This document shows, in pieces, positions 30,387-41,450 of a stretch of 44,098 bases of DNA. The stretch is from a virus. Lineage: Duplodnaviria > Heunggongvirae > Uroviricota > Caudoviricetes. Within the stretch, counting starts at the first letter, position 1. Each line of letters opens with the position of its first letter. The position numbers were made by a program, and so were the translations under genes. The notes below the pieces were generated by a model. That model was not told the origin of the DNA. It saw only the letters and a list, made by a program, of their open reading frames with translations, and ran no database searches. The DNA is taken from the IMG/VR virus record IMGVR_UViG_2585427657_000002, one strand, 5' to 3'.

Positions 30387-30965
30387 ATGGCCATAAAAGG
30401 TCTTGAGCAGGCCGTTGAAAACCTCAGCCGTATCAGCAAAACGGCAGTGCCTGGTGCCGCCGCAATGGCCATTAACCGCGTTGCTTCATCCGCGATATCG
30501 CAGTCGGCGTCACTGGTTGCCCGTGAGACAAAGGTACGCCGGAAACTGGTAAAGGAAAGGGCCAGGCTGAAAAGGGCCACGGTCAAAAATCCGCAGGCCA
30601 GAATCAAAGTTAACCGGGGGGATTTGCCCGTAATCAGGCTGGGTAATGCGCGGGTTGTCCTTTCGCGCCGCAGGCGTCGTAAAAAGGGGCAGCGTTCATC
30701 CCTGAAAGGTGGCGGCAGCGTGCTTGTGGTGGGTAACCGTCGTATTCCCGGCGCGTTTATTCAGCAACTGAAAAATGGCCGCTGGCATGTCATGCAGCGT
30801 GTGGCCGGGAAAAACCGTTACCCCATTGATGTGGTGAAAATTCCGATGGCGGTGCCGCTGACCACGGCGTTTAAACAGAATATTGAGCGGATACGGCGTG
30901 AGCGTCTTCCGAAAGAGCTGGGCTATGCGCTGCAGCATCAACTGAGGATGGTAATAAAGCGATGA
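30387..30965 (+). CDS. Z: Tail completion protein Z
   Basis: MAIKGLEQAVENLSRISKTAVPGAAAMAINRVASSAISQSAS... from ATG 30387. Confidence 0.85.
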   Translation: MAIKGLEQAVENLSRISKTAVPGAAAMAINRVASSAISQSASLVARETKVRRKLVKERARLKRATVKNPQARIKVNRGDLPVIRLGNARVVLSRRRRRKKGQRSSLKGGGSVLVVGNRRIPGAFIQQLKNGRWHVMQRVAGKNRYPIDVVKIPMAVPLTTAFKQNIERIRRERLPKELGYALQHQLRMVIKR

Positions 30966-31357
30966 AACATACTGAATTCCGTGCAGCCGTACTGGATGCA
31001 CTGGAAAAACATGACACCGGGGCGACGCTTTTTGATGGTCGCCCCGCTGTTTTTGATGAGGCGGATTTTCCGGCAATTGCCGTTTATCTCACCGGCGCTG
31101 AATACACGGGCGAAGAGCTGGACAGCGATACCTGGCAGGCGGAGCTGCATATTGAAGTTTTCCTGCCTGCTCAGGTGCCGGATTCAGAGCTGGATTCGTG
31201 GATGGAAAGCCGGATTTATCCGGCGATGAGCGATATCCCGGCACTGTCAGATTTGATCACCAGTATGGTGGCCAGTGGCTATGACTACCGGCGCGACGAT
31301 GATGCGGGCCTGTGGAGTTCAGCCGATCTGACTTATGTCATTACCTATGAAATGTGA
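30962..31357 (+). CDS. U: Tail terminator protein U
   Basis: 131 aa, [63 protein letters not shown]... Confidence 0.9.
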   Translation: MKHTEFRAAVLDALEKHDTGATLFDGRPAVFDEADFPAIAVYLTGAEYTGEELDSDTWQAELHIEVFLPAQVPDSELDSWMESRIYPAMSDIPALSDLITSMVASGYDYRRDDDAGLWSSADLTYVITYEM

Positions 31358-31364
31358 GGACGAT

Positions 31365-32105
31365 ATGCCAACACCAAATCCTCTGGCACCGGTGAAAGGG
31401 GCCGGAACCACACTGTGGGTTTATAACGGGAGCGGCGACCCTTATGCAAACCCGCTTTCAGACAATGACTGGTCGCGTCTGGCAAAAATTAAAGACCTAA
31501 CGCCCGGCGAACTGACCGCTGAGTCCTATGACGACAGTTATCTCGATGATGAAGATGCGGACTGGACCGCGACCGGGCAGGGGCAGAAATCCGCCGGAGA
31601 TACCAGCTTCACGCTGGCGTGGATGCCCGGAGAGCAGGGGCAGCAGGCGCTGCTGGCGTGGTTTAATGAAGGTGATACCCGTGCCTATAAAATCCGCTTC
31701 CCGAACGGCACGGTCGATGTGTTCCGTGGCTGGGTCAGCAGTATCGGTAAGGCGGTGACGGCGAAGGAAGTGATCACCCGTACGGTGAAGGTCACCAATG
31801 TGGGCCGTCCGTCAATGGCAGAAGATCGCAGTACGGTGACGGCGGCAACCGGTATGACCGTGACGCCTGCCAGCTCCTCGGTGGTGAAAGGGCAGAGCAC
31901 CACGCTGACCGTGGCCTTCCAGCCGGAGGGCGCAACTGACAAGAGCTTCCGTGCGGTGTCAGCGGATAAAACAAAAGCCACCGTGTCGGTCAGTGGTATG
32001 ACCATCACCGTGAACGGCGTTGCTGCAGGCAAGGTCAACATTCCGGTTGTATCCGGTAATGGTGAACTTGCTGCGGTTGCAGAAATCACTGTCACCGACA
32101 GTTAA
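31365..32105 (+). CDS. V: Major tail protein V
   Basis: [57 protein letters not shown]...; C-terminal Ig-like extension. Confidence 0.9.
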   Translation: MPTPNPLAPVKGAGTTLWVYNGSGDPYANPLSDNDWSRLAKIKDLTPGELTAESYDDSYLDDEDADWTATGQGQKSAGDTSFTLAWMPGEQGQQALLAWFNEGDTRAYKIRFPNGTVDVFRGWVSSIGKAVTAKEVITRTVKVTNVGRPSMAEDRSTVTAATGMTVTPASSSVVKGQSTTLTVAFQPEGATDKSFRAVSADKTKATVSVSGMTITVNGVAAGKVNIPVVSGNGELAAVAEITVTDS

Positions 32106-32120
32106 TCCGGAGAGTCAGCG

Positions 32121-32543
32121 ATGTTCCTGAAAACCGAATCATTTGAACATAACGGCGTGACCGTCACGCTTTCTGAACTGTCAGCCCTGCAGCGTATTGA
32201 GCATCTCGCCCTGATGAAACAGCAGGCAGAACAGGCGGAGTCAGACAGCAACCGGCAGGTTACTGTGGAAGACGCCATCAGAACCGGTGCTTTTGTGGTG
32301 GCGATGTCCCTGTGGCATAACCATCCGCAGAAGACAAAGCAGCCTTCCATGAATGAAGCCGTTAAACAGATTGAGCAGGAAGTGCTTACCACCTGGCCCG
32401 CGGAGGCAATTTCTCATGCTGAAAACGTGGTGTACCGGCTGTCCGGTATGTATGGGTTTGTGGTGAATGATGCCCCTGACCAGGCAGAGGACTCCGGGCC
32501 TGCAGAGCCTGTTTCTGCGGGAAAGTGTTCGACGGTGAGCTGA
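32121..32543 (+). CDS. G: Tail assembly chaperone G
   Basis: 140 aa, MFLKTESFEHNGVTVTLSELSALQRIEHLALMKQQAEQAESDSN... Confidence 0.9.
   Translation: MFLKTESFEHNGVTVTLSELSALQRIEHLALMKQQAEQAESDSNRQVTVEDAIRTGAFVVAMSLWHNHPQKTKQPSMNEAVKQIEQEVLTTWPAEAISHAENVVYRLSGMYGFVVNDAPDQAEDSGPAEPVSAGKCSTVS
32519..32525 (+). other. Programmed -1 frameshift slippery heptamer G GGA AAG (G to G-T fusion)
   Basis: GGGAAAG sits in the G frame just before the G stop, with the T ORF open in the -1 frame from this point. Confidence 0.8.
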
Positions 32544-32959
32544 GTTTTGCCCTGAAACTGGCGCGAGAGATGGGGCGACCTGACTGGCGCGCCATGCTTG
32601 CCGGGATGTCATCCACGGAGTATGCCGACTGGCACCGCTTTTACAGTACCCATTATTTTCATGATGTTCTGCTGGATATGCACTTTTCCGGGCTGACGTA
32701 CACTGTGCTCAGCCTGTTTTTCAGCGATCCGGATATGCATCCGCTGGATTTCAGTTTGCTGAACCGGCGTGAGGATGACGAAGAGCCTGAAGATGATGTG
32801 CTGATGCAGAAAGCGGCAGGGCTTACCGGAGGCGTCCGCTTTGACCCGGACGGAAATGAAGTTATCCCCGCTTCCCCGGATATGGCGGGCATGACGGAGG
32901 ATGACGTAATGCTGATGACAGTATCAGAAGGGATCGCAGGAGGAGTCCGGTATGGCTGA
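32525..32959 (+). CDS. T: T segment of the G-T tail assembly chaperone (expressed by frameshift from G)
   Basis: -1 frame relative to G; ...LKLAREMGRPDWRAMLAGMSSTEYADWHRFYSTHYFHDVLLD... Confidence 0.85.
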   Translation: MFDGELSFALKLAREMGRPDWRAMLAGMSSTEYADWHRFYSTHYFHDVLLDMHFSGLTYTVLSLFFSDPDMHPLDFSLLNRREDDEEPEDDVLMQKAAGLTGGVRFDPDGNEVIPASPDMAGMTEDDVMLMTVSEGIAGGVRYG

Positions 32960-35513
32960 ACCGGTAGGCGATCTGGTCGTTGATTTAAGTCTGGATGCGG
33001 CCAGATTTGACGAGCAGATGGCCAGAGTCAGGCGTCATTTTTCCGGTACGGAAAGTGATGCGAAAAAAACAGCGGCAGTCGTTGAACAGTCGCTGAGCCG
33101 ACAGGCGCTGGCTGCACAGAAAGCGGGGATTTCCGTCGGGCAGTATAAAGCCGCCATGCGTATGCTGCCTGCACAGTTCACCGACGTGGCCACGCAGCTT
33201 GCAGGCGGGCAAAGCCCGTGGCTGATCCTGCTGCAACAGGGTGGTCAGGTTAAGGACTCCTTCGGCGGGATGATCCCCATGTTCCGGGGGCTTGCCGGTG
33301 CGATCACCCTGCCGATGGTCGGGGCCACCTCGCTGGCGGTGGCGACCGGTGCGCTGGCGTATGCCTGGTATCAGGGTAACTCAACCCTGTCCGATTTCAA
33401 CAAAACGCTGGTCCTTTCCGGCAATCAGTCGGGTCTGACGGCAGATCGTATGCTGGTCCTGTCCAGAGCCGGGCAGGCGGCAGGGCTGACGTTTAACCAG
33501 ACCAGCGAGTCACTCAGCGCACTGGTTAAGGCGGGAGTAAGCGGTGAGGCTCAGATTGCATCCATCAGCCAGAGTGTGGCGCGTTTCTCCTCTGCATCCG
33601 GCGTGGAGGTGGACAAGGTCGCTGAAGCCTTCGGGAAGCTGACCACTGACCCGACGTCGGGGCTGACGGCGATGGCGCGCCAGTTCCATAACGTAACGGC
33701 GGAGCAGATTGCGTATGTTGCTCAGTTGCAGCGTTCCGGCGATGAATCCGGGGCATTGCAGGCGGCGAACGAGGCCGCAACGAAAGGGTTTGATGACCAG
33801 ACCCGACGCCTGAAAGAGAACATGGGCACGCTGGAAACCTGGGCAGACAGGACAGCACGGGCATTCAAATCCATGTGGGATGCGGTGCTGGATATTGGTC
33901 GTCCTGATACCGCTCAGGAGATGCTGATTAAGGCAGAGGCTGCGTTTAAGAAAGCGGACGACATCTGGAATCTGCGCAAGGATGATTATTTTGTTAACGA
34001 TGAAGCGCGGGCGCGTTACTGGGATGATCGTGAAAAGGCCCGTCTTGCGCTTGAAGCCGCCCGAAAGAAGGCTGAACAGCAGAGTCAACAGGACAAAAAT
34101 GCGCAGCAGCAGAGCGATACCGAAGCATCACGGCTGAAATATACCGAAGAGGCGCAGAAGGCTTACGAACGGCTGCAGACACCGCTGGAGAAATATACCG
34201 CCCGTCAGGAAGAACTGAACAAGGCACTGAAAGACGGGAAAATCCTGCAGGCAGATTACAACACGCTGATGGCGGCGGCGAAAAAGGATTATGAAGCGAC
34301 GCTGAAAAAGCCGAAACAGTCCGGCGTGAAGGTGTCTGCGGGCGATCGTCAGGAAGACAGTGCTCATGCTGCCCTGCTGACGCTTCAGGCTGAACTCCGG
34401 ACGCTGGAGAAGCATGCCGGAGCAAATGAGAAAATCAGCCAGCAGCGCCGGGATTTGTGGAAGGCGGAGAGTCAGTTCGCGGTACTGGAGGAGGCGGCGC
34501 AACGTCGCCAGCTGTCTGCACAGGAGAAATCCCTGCTGGCGCATAAAGATGAGACGCTGGAGTACAAACGCCAGCTGGCTGCACTTGGCGACAAGGTTAC
34601 GTATCAGGAGCGCCTGAACGCGCTGGCGCAGCAGGCGGATAAATTCGCACAGCAGCAACGGGCAAAACGGGCCGCTATTGATGCGAAAAGCCGGGGGCTG
34701 ACTGACCGGCAGGCAGAACGGGAAGCCACGGAACAGCGCCTGAAGGAACAGTATGGCGATAATCCTCTGGCGCTGAATAACGTCATGTCAGAGCAGAAAA
34801 AGACCTGGGCGGCTGAAGACCTGCTTCGCGGGAACTGGATGGCAGGCCTGAAGTCCGGCTGGAGTGAGTGGGAAGAGAGTGCCACGGACAGTATGTCGCA
34901 GGTTAAAAGTGCTGCCACGCAGACCTTTGATGGTATTGCGCAGAATATGGCGGCGATGCTGACCGGCAGTGAACAGAACTGGCGCAGCTTCACCCGTTCC
35001 GTGCTGTCCATGATGACAGAAATTCTGCTTAAGCAGGCAATGGTGGGGATTGTCGGGAGTATCGGCAGCGCTATTGGCGGGGCTGTTGGTGGCGGCGCAT
35101 CCGCGTCAGGCGGTACAGCCATTCAGGCCGCTGCGGCGAAACTCCATTTTGCAACCGGAGGATTTACGGGAACCGGCGGCAAATATGAGCCAGCGGGGAT
35201 TGTTCACCGTGGTGAATTTGTCTTCACGAAGGAGGCAACCAGCCGGATTGGCGTGGGAAATCTCTACCGGCTGATGCGCGGCTATGCCACCGGCGGTTAT
35301 GTCGGTGGCACCGGAAGTCCGGCGCAAATGCGGCGTTCAGAGGGTATCAGGTTTGAGCAGAACAACAACGTGGTGATTCAGAACGACGGTACGAATGGTC
35401 TGCCAGGTCCACAGATGATGAAGGCGGTGTATGACATGGCCCGCAAGGGTGCCCGTGATGAAATCCAGGCACAGATGCGCGATGGTGGTCTGTTCTCCGG
35501 AGGTGGACGATGA
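32952..35513 (+). CDS. H: Tail tape-measure protein H
   Basis: 853 aa, coiled-coil-rich with Gly-rich C-terminal segment; between G-T and M. Confidence 0.95.
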   Translation: MAEPVGDLVVDLSLDAARFDEQMARVRRHFSGTESDAKKTAAVVEQSLSRQALAAQKAGISVGQYKAAMRMLPAQFTDVATQLAGGQSPWLILLQQGGQVKDSFGGMIPMFRGLAGAITLPMVGATSLAVATGALAYAWYQGNSTLSDFNKTLVLSGNQSGLTADRMLVLSRAGQAAGLTFNQTSESLSALVKAGVSGEAQIASISQSVARFSSASGVEVDKVAEAFGKLTTDPTSGLTAMARQFHNVTAEQIAYVAQLQRSGDESGALQAANEAATKGFDDQTRRLKENMGTLETWADRTARAFKSMWDAVLDIGRPDTAQEMLIKAEAAFKKADDIWNLRKDDYFVNDEARARYWDDREKARLALEAARKKAEQQSQQDKNAQQQSDTEASRLKYTEEAQKAYERLQTPLEKYTARQEELNKALKDGKILQADYNTLMAAAKKDYEATLKKPKQSGVKVSAGDRQEDSAHAALLTLQAELRTLEKHAGANEKISQQRRDLWKAESQFAVLEEAAQRRQLSAQEKSLLAHKDETLEYKRQLAALGDKVTYQERLNALAQQADKFAQQQRAKRAAIDAKSRGLTDRQAEREATEQRLKEQYGDNPLALNNVMSEQKKTWAAEDLLRGNWMAGLKSGWSEWEESATDSMSQVKSAATQTFDGIAQNMAAMLTGSEQNWRSFTRSVLSMMTEILLKQAMVGIVGSIGSAIGGAVGGGASASGGTAIQAAAAKLHFATGGFTGTGGKYEPAGIVHRGEFVFTKEATSRIGVGNLYRLMRGYATGGYVGGTGSPAQMRRSEGIRFEQNNNVVIQNDGTNGLPGPQMMKAVYDMARKGARDEIQAQMRDGGLFSGGGR

Positions 35514-35839
35514 AAACCTTCCGCTGGAAAGTGAAACCCGGGATGGATGTGACATCGGCTCCTTCCGTCAGGGAGGTGCGCTTTGGTGATGGCTATTCCC
35601 AGCGTGCGCCTGCCGGGCTGAACGCTGACCTGAAAACGTACAGCGTGACGCTGTCTGTCTCCCGTGAGGAGGCCACGGCGCTGGAGTCGTTTCTGGCTGA
35701 GCACGGGGGCTGGAAGGCCTTTCTGTGGACGCCGCCTTATGGTTACAGGCAGATAAAGGTGACCTGCGCAAAATGGTCGTCGCGGGTCAGTATGCTGCGT
35801 GTTGAGTTCAGCGCAGAGTTTGAACAGGTGGTGAACTGA
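35510..35839 (+). CDS. M: Tail tip protein M
   Basis: 109 aa, MKTFRWKVKPGMDVTSAPSVREVRFGDGYSQRAPAGLNADLKTYSV... Confidence 0.9.
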   Translation: MKTFRWKVKPGMDVTSAPSVREVRFGDGYSQRAPAGLNADLKTYSVTLSVSREEATALESFLAEHGGWKAFLWTPPYGYRQIKVTCAKWSSRVSMLRVEFSAEFEQVVN

Positions 35840-36537
35840 TGCAGGATATCCGGCAGGAAACATTGAATGAATGCACCCGTGCGGAGCAGTCGGCCAGCGT
35901 GGTGCTCTGGGAAATCGATCTGACAGAGGTCGGTGGAGAACGTTATTTTTTCTGTAATGAGCAGAACGAAAAAGGTGAGCCGGTCACCTGGCAGGGGCGA
36001 CAGTATCAGCCGTATCCCATTCAGGGGAGTAGTTTTGAACTGAATGGCAAAGGCACCAGTACGCGCCCCACGCTGACGGTTTCTAACCTGTACGGTATGG
36101 TCACCGGGATGGTGGAAGATCTGCAGAGTCTGGTCGGCGGAACGGTGGTCAGGCGTAAGGTTTACGCCCGTTTTCTGGATGCGGTGAACTTCGTCAACGG
36201 AAACAGCGACGCCGATCCGGAGCAGGAGGTGATCAGCCGCTGGCGCATCGAGCAGTGCAGCGAACTGAGTGCGGTCAGTGCCTCCTTTGTACTGTCCACA
36301 CCGACGGAAACGGATGGTGCCGTTTTTCCGGGGCGCATCATGCTGGCTAATACCTGCACCTGGACCTATCGCGGTGATGAGTGCGGTTATCACGGTCCGG
36401 CGGTCGCGGATGAATATGATCAGCCGACTTCCGATATCACGAAGGATAAATGCAGCAAATGCCTGAGCGGCTGTAAGTTTCGCAATAACGTCGGCAACTT
36501 TGGCGGCTTCCTTTCCATTAACAAACTTTCGCAGTAA
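35839..36537 (+). CDS. L: Tail tip protein L
   Basis: 232 aa; C-terminal Cys cluster (KCSKCLSGCKF). Confidence 0.9.
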   Translation: MQDIRQETLNECTRAEQSASVVLWEIDLTEVGGERYFFCNEQNEKGEPVTWQGRQYQPYPIQGSSFELNGKGTSTRPTLTVSNLYGMVTGMVEDLQSLVGGTVVRRKVYARFLDAVNFVNGNSDADPEQEVISRWRIEQCSELSAVSASFVLSTPTETDGAVFPGRIMLANTCTWTYRGDECGYHGPAVADEYDQPTSDITKDKCSKCLSGCKFRNNVGNFGGFLSINKLSQ

Positions 36538-36542
36538 ATCCC

Positions 36543-37286
36543 ATGACAGAGACAGAATCAGCGATTCTGGCGCATGCCCGGCGATGTGCGCCAGCGGAGT
36601 CGTGCGGCTTCGTGGTGAGAGCGCCGGAGGGGGAAAGATATTTTCCCTGCGTGAATATCTCCGGTGAGCCGGAGGCGTATTTCCGGATGGCTCCGGAGGA
36701 CTGGCTGCAGGCAGAGATGCAGGGTGAGATTGTGGCGCTGGTCCACAGTCATCCCGGTGGTCTGCCCTGGCTGAGTGAGGCCGACCGGCGGCTGCAGGTG
36801 CAGAGTGATTTGCCGTGGTGGCTGGTCTGCCGGGGGGCGATTCATAAGTTCCGCTGTGTGCCGCATCTCACCGGGCGGCGCTTTGAGCACGGGGTGACGG
36901 ACTGTTACACGCTGTTCCGGGACGCTTACCATCTGGCGGGGATTGAGATGCCGGACTTTCATCGTGAGGATGACTGGTGGCGTAACGGCCAGAATCTCTA
37001 TCTTGATAATCTGGAGGCCACAGGGCTGTATCAGGTGCCGTTGTCAGCGGCGCAGCCGGGCGATGTGCTGCTGTGCTGCTTTGGTTCATCGGTGCCGAAT
37101 CATGCCGCTATTTACTGTGGTGACGGCGAGCTGCTGCACCATATTCCTGAACAACTGAGTAAACGAGAGAGGTATACCGACAAATGGCAGCGACGCACAC
37201 ACTCCCTCTGGCGTCACCGGGCATGGCGCGCATCTGCCTTTACGGGGATTTACAACGATTTGGCCGCCGCATCGACCTTCGTGTGA
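36543..37286 (+). CDS. K: Tail tip assembly protein K (JAB/MPN plus NlpC/P60-like)
   Basis: 247 aa; ...VALVHSHPGG... and ...GVTDCYTLFRDAYHLAG... motifs. Confidence 0.9.
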   Translation: MTETESAILAHARRCAPAESCGFVVRAPEGERYFPCVNISGEPEAYFRMAPEDWLQAEMQGEIVALVHSHPGGLPWLSEADRRLQVQSDLPWWLVCRGAIHKFRCVPHLTGRRFEHGVTDCYTLFRDAYHLAGIEMPDFHREDDWWRNGQNLYLDNLEATGLYQVPLSAAQPGDVLLCCFGSSVPNHAAIYCGDGELLHHIPEQLSKRERYTDKWQRRTHSLWRHRAWRASAFTGIYNDLAAASTFV

Positions 37287-37855
37287 AAACGGGGGCTGAA
37301 GCCATCCGCGCACTGGCCACACAGCTCCCGGTGTTTCGTCAGAAACTGAGCGACGGCTGGTATCAGGTACGGATTGCCGGGCGGGACGTCAGCACGTCCG
37401 GGTTAACGGCGCAGTTACATGAGACTCTGCCTGATGGCGCTGTGATTCATATTGTTCCCAGAGTCGCCGGGGCCAAGTCAGGTGGCGTATTCCAGATTGT
37501 CCTGGGGGCTGCCGCCATTGCCGGATCATTCTTTACCGCCGGAGCCACCCTTGCAGCATGGGGGGCAGCCATTGGGGCCGGTGGTATGACCGGCATCCTG
37601 TTTTCTCTCGGTGCCAGTATGGTGCTCGGTGGTGTGGCGCAGATGCTGGCACCGAAAGCCAGAACTCCCCGTACACAGACAACGGATAACGGCAAACAGA
37701 ACACCTATTTCTCCTCACTGGATAACATGGTTGCCCAGGGCAATGTTCTGCCGGTTCTGTACGGTGAAATGCGCGTGGGGTCACGCGTGGTTTCTCAGGA
37801 GATCAGCACGGCAGACGAAGGGGATGGTGGTCAGGTTGTGGTGATTGGTCGCTGA
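37184..37855 (+). CDS. I: Tail tip assembly protein I
   Basis: 223 aa, ...RICLYGDLQRFGRRIDLRVKTGAEAIRALATQLP...; overlaps the 3' end of K in another frame; true start may be the internal ATG at 37223. Confidence 0.8.
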   Translation: MAATHTLPLASPGMARICLYGDLQRFGRRIDLRVKTGAEAIRALATQLPVFRQKLSDGWYQVRIAGRDVSTSGLTAQLHETLPDGAVIHIVPRVAGAKSGGVFQIVLGAAAIAGSFFTAGATLAAWGAAIGAGGMTGILFSLGASMVLGGVAQMLAPKARTPRTQTTDNGKQNTYFSSLDNMVAQGNVLPVLYGEMRVGSRVVSQEISTADEGDGGQVVVIGR

Positions 37856-37915
37856 TGCAAAATGTTTTATGTGAAACCGCCTCCGGGCGGTTTTATCGTT
37901 TATGGAGCATGAGGA

Positions 37916-40900
37916 ATGGGTAAAGGCAGCAGTAAGGGGCATACCCCGCGCGAAGCGAAGGACAACCTGAAATCATCCCAGATGCTGAGCGTGATAGACG
38001 CCATCAGCGAAGGGCCGGTTGAAGGTCCGGTGGATGGATTAAAAAGCGTGCTGCTGAACAGTACGCCGGTGCTGGACAGTGAGGGGAATACCAATATATT
38101 CGGCGTCACGGTGGTGTTCCGGGCCGGTGAGCAGGAGCAGACACCGCCGGAGGGATTTGAATCCTCCGGCTCCGAGACGGTGCTCGGTACAGAAGTGAAA
38201 TATGACACGCCGATCACCCGGACCATCACGTCGGCAAACATTGACCGTCTGCGTTTTACTTTCGGCGTGCAGGCACTGGTGGAAACCACCTCAAAGGGGG
38301 ACAGGAATCCATCGGAAGTCCGCCTGCTGGTTCAGATTCAACGTAACGGTGGCTGGGTGACGGAAAAAGACATCACCATTAAGGGCAAAACCACGTCGCA
38401 GTATCTGGCCTCGGTGGTGGTGGATAACCTGCCGCCGCGCCCGTTTAATATCCGGATGCGCAGGATGACGCCGGACAGCACCACAGACCAGTTGCAGAAC
38501 AAAACGCTCTGGTCGTCATACACCGAAATCATCGATGTGAAACAGTGCTACCCGAACACGGCACTGGTCGGCGTACAGGTGGACTCGGAGCAGTTCGGCA
38601 GCCAGCAGGTGAGCCGTAATTATCATCTTCGCGGGCGCATTCTGCAGGTGCCGTCGAACTATAACCCGCAGACGCGGCAATACAGCGGTATCTGGGACGG
38701 AACGTTTAAGCCAGCATACAGCAACAACATGGCCTGGTGTCTGTGGGATATGCTGACCCATCCGCGCTACGGCATGGGGAAACGTCTTGGTGCGGCAGAT
38801 GTGGATAAATGGGCGCTGTATGTCATCGGCCAGAATTGCGACCAGTCAGTGCCGGACGGCTTTGGCGGCACGGAGCCGCGCATCACCTGTAATGCGTACC
38901 TGACCACACAGCGCAAGGCGTGGGATGTGCTCAGTGATTTTTGCTCGGCGATGCGCTGTATGCCGGTATGGAACGGGCAGACGCTGACATTCGTGCAGGA
39001 CCGACCGTCGGATAAGGTGTGGACCTATAACCGCAGTAATGTGGTGATGCCGGATGATGGCGCGCCGTTCCGCTACAGCTTCAGCGCCCTGAAAGACCGC
39101 CATAATGCCGTTGAGGTGAACTGGATTGACCCGGATAACGGCTGGGAGACGGCGACAGAGCTTGTGGAGGACACGCAGGCCATTGCCCGTTACGGTCGTA
39201 ACGTCACGAAGATGGATGCCTTTGGCTGTACCAGCCGGGGGCAGGCACACCGCGCCGGGCTGTGGCTGATTAAAACGGAGCTGCTGGAAACGCAGACCGT
39301 GGACTTCAGCGTGGGTGCAGAAGGGCTTCGCCATGTACCGGGCGATGTCATTGAAATCTGTGATGATGACTATGCGGGGATCAGCATCGGCGGGCGCGTG
39401 CTGGCGGTGAACAACCAGACGCGGACACTGACGCTCGACCGTGAAATCACGCTGCCATCCTCCGGCACCACGCTGATAAGCCTGGCTGACGGACAGGGGA
39501 ATCCGGTCAGCGTGGAGGTCCAGTCCGTCACCGACGGCGTGAAGGTAAAAGTGAGCCGTGTTCCTGACGGCGTTGCAGAATACAGCGTGTGGGGGCTGAA
39601 GTTGCCAACGTTGCGCCAGCGCCTGTTCCGCTGTGTGAGTATCCGTGAGAACGATGACGGCACGTATGCCATCACTGCCGTGCAGCATGTACCGGAAAAA
39701 GAGGCCATCGTGGATAACGGGGCGCACTTTGACGGCGACCAGAGCGGCACGGTGAATGGTGTCACGCCGCCAGCGGTGCAGCACCTGACTGCCGAAGTCA
39801 CCGCAGACAGCGGGGAATATCAGGTGCTGGCGCGCTGGGACACGCCGAAGGTGGTGAAGGGGGTGAGCTTTATGCTTCGCCTGACCGTGGCAGCGGATGA
39901 CGGCAGTGAGCGGCTGGTCAGCACGGCCCGGACGACGGAAACCACATACCGCTTCAGGCAACTGGCGCTGGGGAACTACAGGCTGACAGTCCGGGCGGTA
40001 AATGCGTGGGGGCAGCAGGGCGATCCGGCATCGGTATCGTTCCGGATTGCCGCACCGGCAGCGCCGTCGCAGATTGAGCTGACACCGGGGTATTTTCAGA
40101 TAACCGCCACGCCGCATCTTGCGGTTTATGATCCGACGGTACAGTTTGAGTTCTGGTTCTCGGAAAAGCGGATTGCGGATATCAGGCAGGTTGAAACCAC
40201 AGCACGCTATCTTGGCACGGCGCTGTACTGGATAGCCGCCAGTATCAATATCAAACCGGGCCATGATTATTATTTTTACATCCGCAGTGTGAACACCGTT
40301 GGCAAATCGGCATTTGTGGAGGCTGTTGGCCAGCCGAGTGATGATGCATCCGGCTATCTGAATTTTTTCAAAGGAGAGATAGGGAAAACCCATCTGGCTC
40401 AGGAGTTGTGGACGCAGATTGATAACGGTCAGCTTGCGCCTGACCTGGCTGAAATCAGGACGTCCATTACGGGTGTCAGCAATGAAATCACGCAGACCGT
40501 CAATAAGAAACTGGAAGACCAGAGTGCAGCGATCCAGCAGATACAGAAGGTTCAGGTTGATACAAATAATAACCTGAACAGCATGTGGGCTGTGAAGCTG
40601 CAGCAGATGCAGGACGGACGCCTTTATATCGCGGGTATTGGTGCCGGTGTTGAGAATACTCCTGACGGTATGCAGAGTCAGGTGCTGCTGGCGGCGGACA
40701 GGATTGCGATGATTAATCCTGCGAATGGCAACACAAAGCCGATGTTTGTTGGGCAGGGCGATCAGATATTCATGAACGAAGTGTTCCTGAAATATCTGAC
40801 GGCTCCCACCATTACCAGCGGTGGCAATCCCCCAACGTTTTCACTGACACCTGATGGTCGACTTTCTGCGAAAAATGCGGATATCAGCGGTAACGTGAAC

Positions 40901-41398
40901 GCGAACTCCGGGACGCTCAACAACGTCACGATTAATCAGAACTGTCGGATTCTGGGAAAACTGTCAGCTAACCAGATTGAAGGTGATATTGTCAAAACGG
41001 TGGGAAAAGCCTTTCCGAGAAATGGCAGTTATGCCAGCGGTACAATAACGGTCACTGTGTACGATGACCAGGCTTTTGACCGTCAGATAGTAGTCCCCCC
41101 CGTTCTGTTTCGTGGGGGTAAGCATGAAAACTTCAACAGCAACAACCAACAGTCATACTGGTATTCAACCTGTAAGCTGCAGGTACTGAAGAACGGACAG
41201 GAAATCTTTCAGCAACCCGCGACGGATGTCAGCAGGGTATTTTCATCAGTCATTGATATGCCTGCCGGACACGGCCATGTCACCCTGACTTTCAATGTTT
41301 CTTCATATGGTGCTAATAACTGGACGCCAACGACCAGTATCAGCGACCTTCTTGTTGTTGTGATGAAGAAATCTACAGCCGGTATCAGTATCAGTTGA
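37916..41398 (+). CDS. J: Central tail fibre / host-specificity protein J
   Basis: 1160 aa; conserved lambda-J N-terminus ([37 protein letters not shown]...) and a C-terminal receptor-binding region. Confidence 0.95.
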   Translation: MGKGSSKGHTPREAKDNLKSSQMLSVIDAISEGPVEGPVDGLKSVLLNSTPVLDSEGNTNIFGVTVVFRAGEQEQTPPEGFESSGSETVLGTEVKYDTPITRTITSANIDRLRFTFGVQALVETTSKGDRNPSEVRLLVQIQRNGGWVTEKDITIKGKTTSQYLASVVVDNLPPRPFNIRMRRMTPDSTTDQLQNKTLWSSYTEIIDVKQCYPNTALVGVQVDSEQFGSQQVSRNYHLRGRILQVPSNYNPQTRQYSGIWDGTFKPAYSNNMAWCLWDMLTHPRYGMGKRLGAADVDKWALYVIGQNCDQSVPDGFGGTEPRITCNAYLTTQRKAWDVLSDFCSAMRCMPVWNGQTLTFVQDRPSDKVWTYNRSNVVMPDDGAPFRYSFSALKDRHNAVEVNWIDPDNGWETATELVEDTQAIARYGRNVTKMDAFGCTSRGQAHRAGLWLIKTELLETQTVDFSVGAEGLRHVPGDVIEICDDDYAGISIGGRVLAVNNQTRTLTLDREITLPSSGTTLISLADGQGNPVSVEVQSVTDGVKVKVSRVPDGVAEYSVWGLKLPTLRQRLFRCVSIRENDDGTYAITAVQHVPEKEAIVDNGAHFDGDQSGTVNGVTPPAVQHLTAEVTADSGEYQVLARWDTPKVVKGVSFMLRLTVAADDGSERLVSTARTTETTYRFRQLALGNYRLTVRAVNAWGQQGDPASVSFRIAAPAAPSQIELTPGYFQITATPHLAVYDPTVQFEFWFSEKRIADIRQVETTARYLGTALYWIAASINIKPGHDYYFYIRSVNTVGKSAFVEAVGQPSDDASGYLNFFKGEIGKTHLAQELWTQIDNGQLAPDLAEIRTSITGVSNEITQTVNKKLEDQSAAIQQIQKVQVDTNNNLNSMWAVKLQQMQDGRLYIAGIGAGVENTPDGMQSQVLLAADRIAMINPANGNTKPMFVGQGDQIFMNEVFLKYLTAPTITSGGNPPTFSLTPDGRLSAKNADISGNVNANSGTLNNVTINQNCRILGKLSANQIEGDIVKTVGKAFPRNGSYASGTITVTVYDDQAFDRQIVVPPVLFRGGKHENFNSNNQQSYWYSTCKLQVLKNGQEIFQQPATDVSRVFSSVIDMPAGHGHVTLTFNVSSYGANNWTPTTSISDLLVVVMKKSTAGISIS

Positions 41399-41416
41399 AT
41401 TTTATAACCCAGATAC

Positions 41417-41443
41417 GGGCGCCAGAAATGGCGCCTTTTTTAT
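41417..41443 (+). terminator. Intrinsic terminator after J
   Basis: GGCGCC-AGAAAT-GGCGCC followed by TTTTTTATTT. Confidence 0.6.
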
Positions 41444-41450
41444 TTGTGGA

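Noticed and set aside
33510-35122. Several 100-190-aa minus-strand ORFs inside tape-measure gene H
   Set aside because: Antisense to H; low-complexity Arg/Pro/Ala-rich translations; no room for independent genes.
38846-40393. 515-aa ORF on the minus strand inside J
   Set aside because: Antisense to a well-supported 1160-aa tail gene; Arg/Pro/His-rich composition typical of shadow ORFs in GC-rich coding DNA; no independent start or RBS context.
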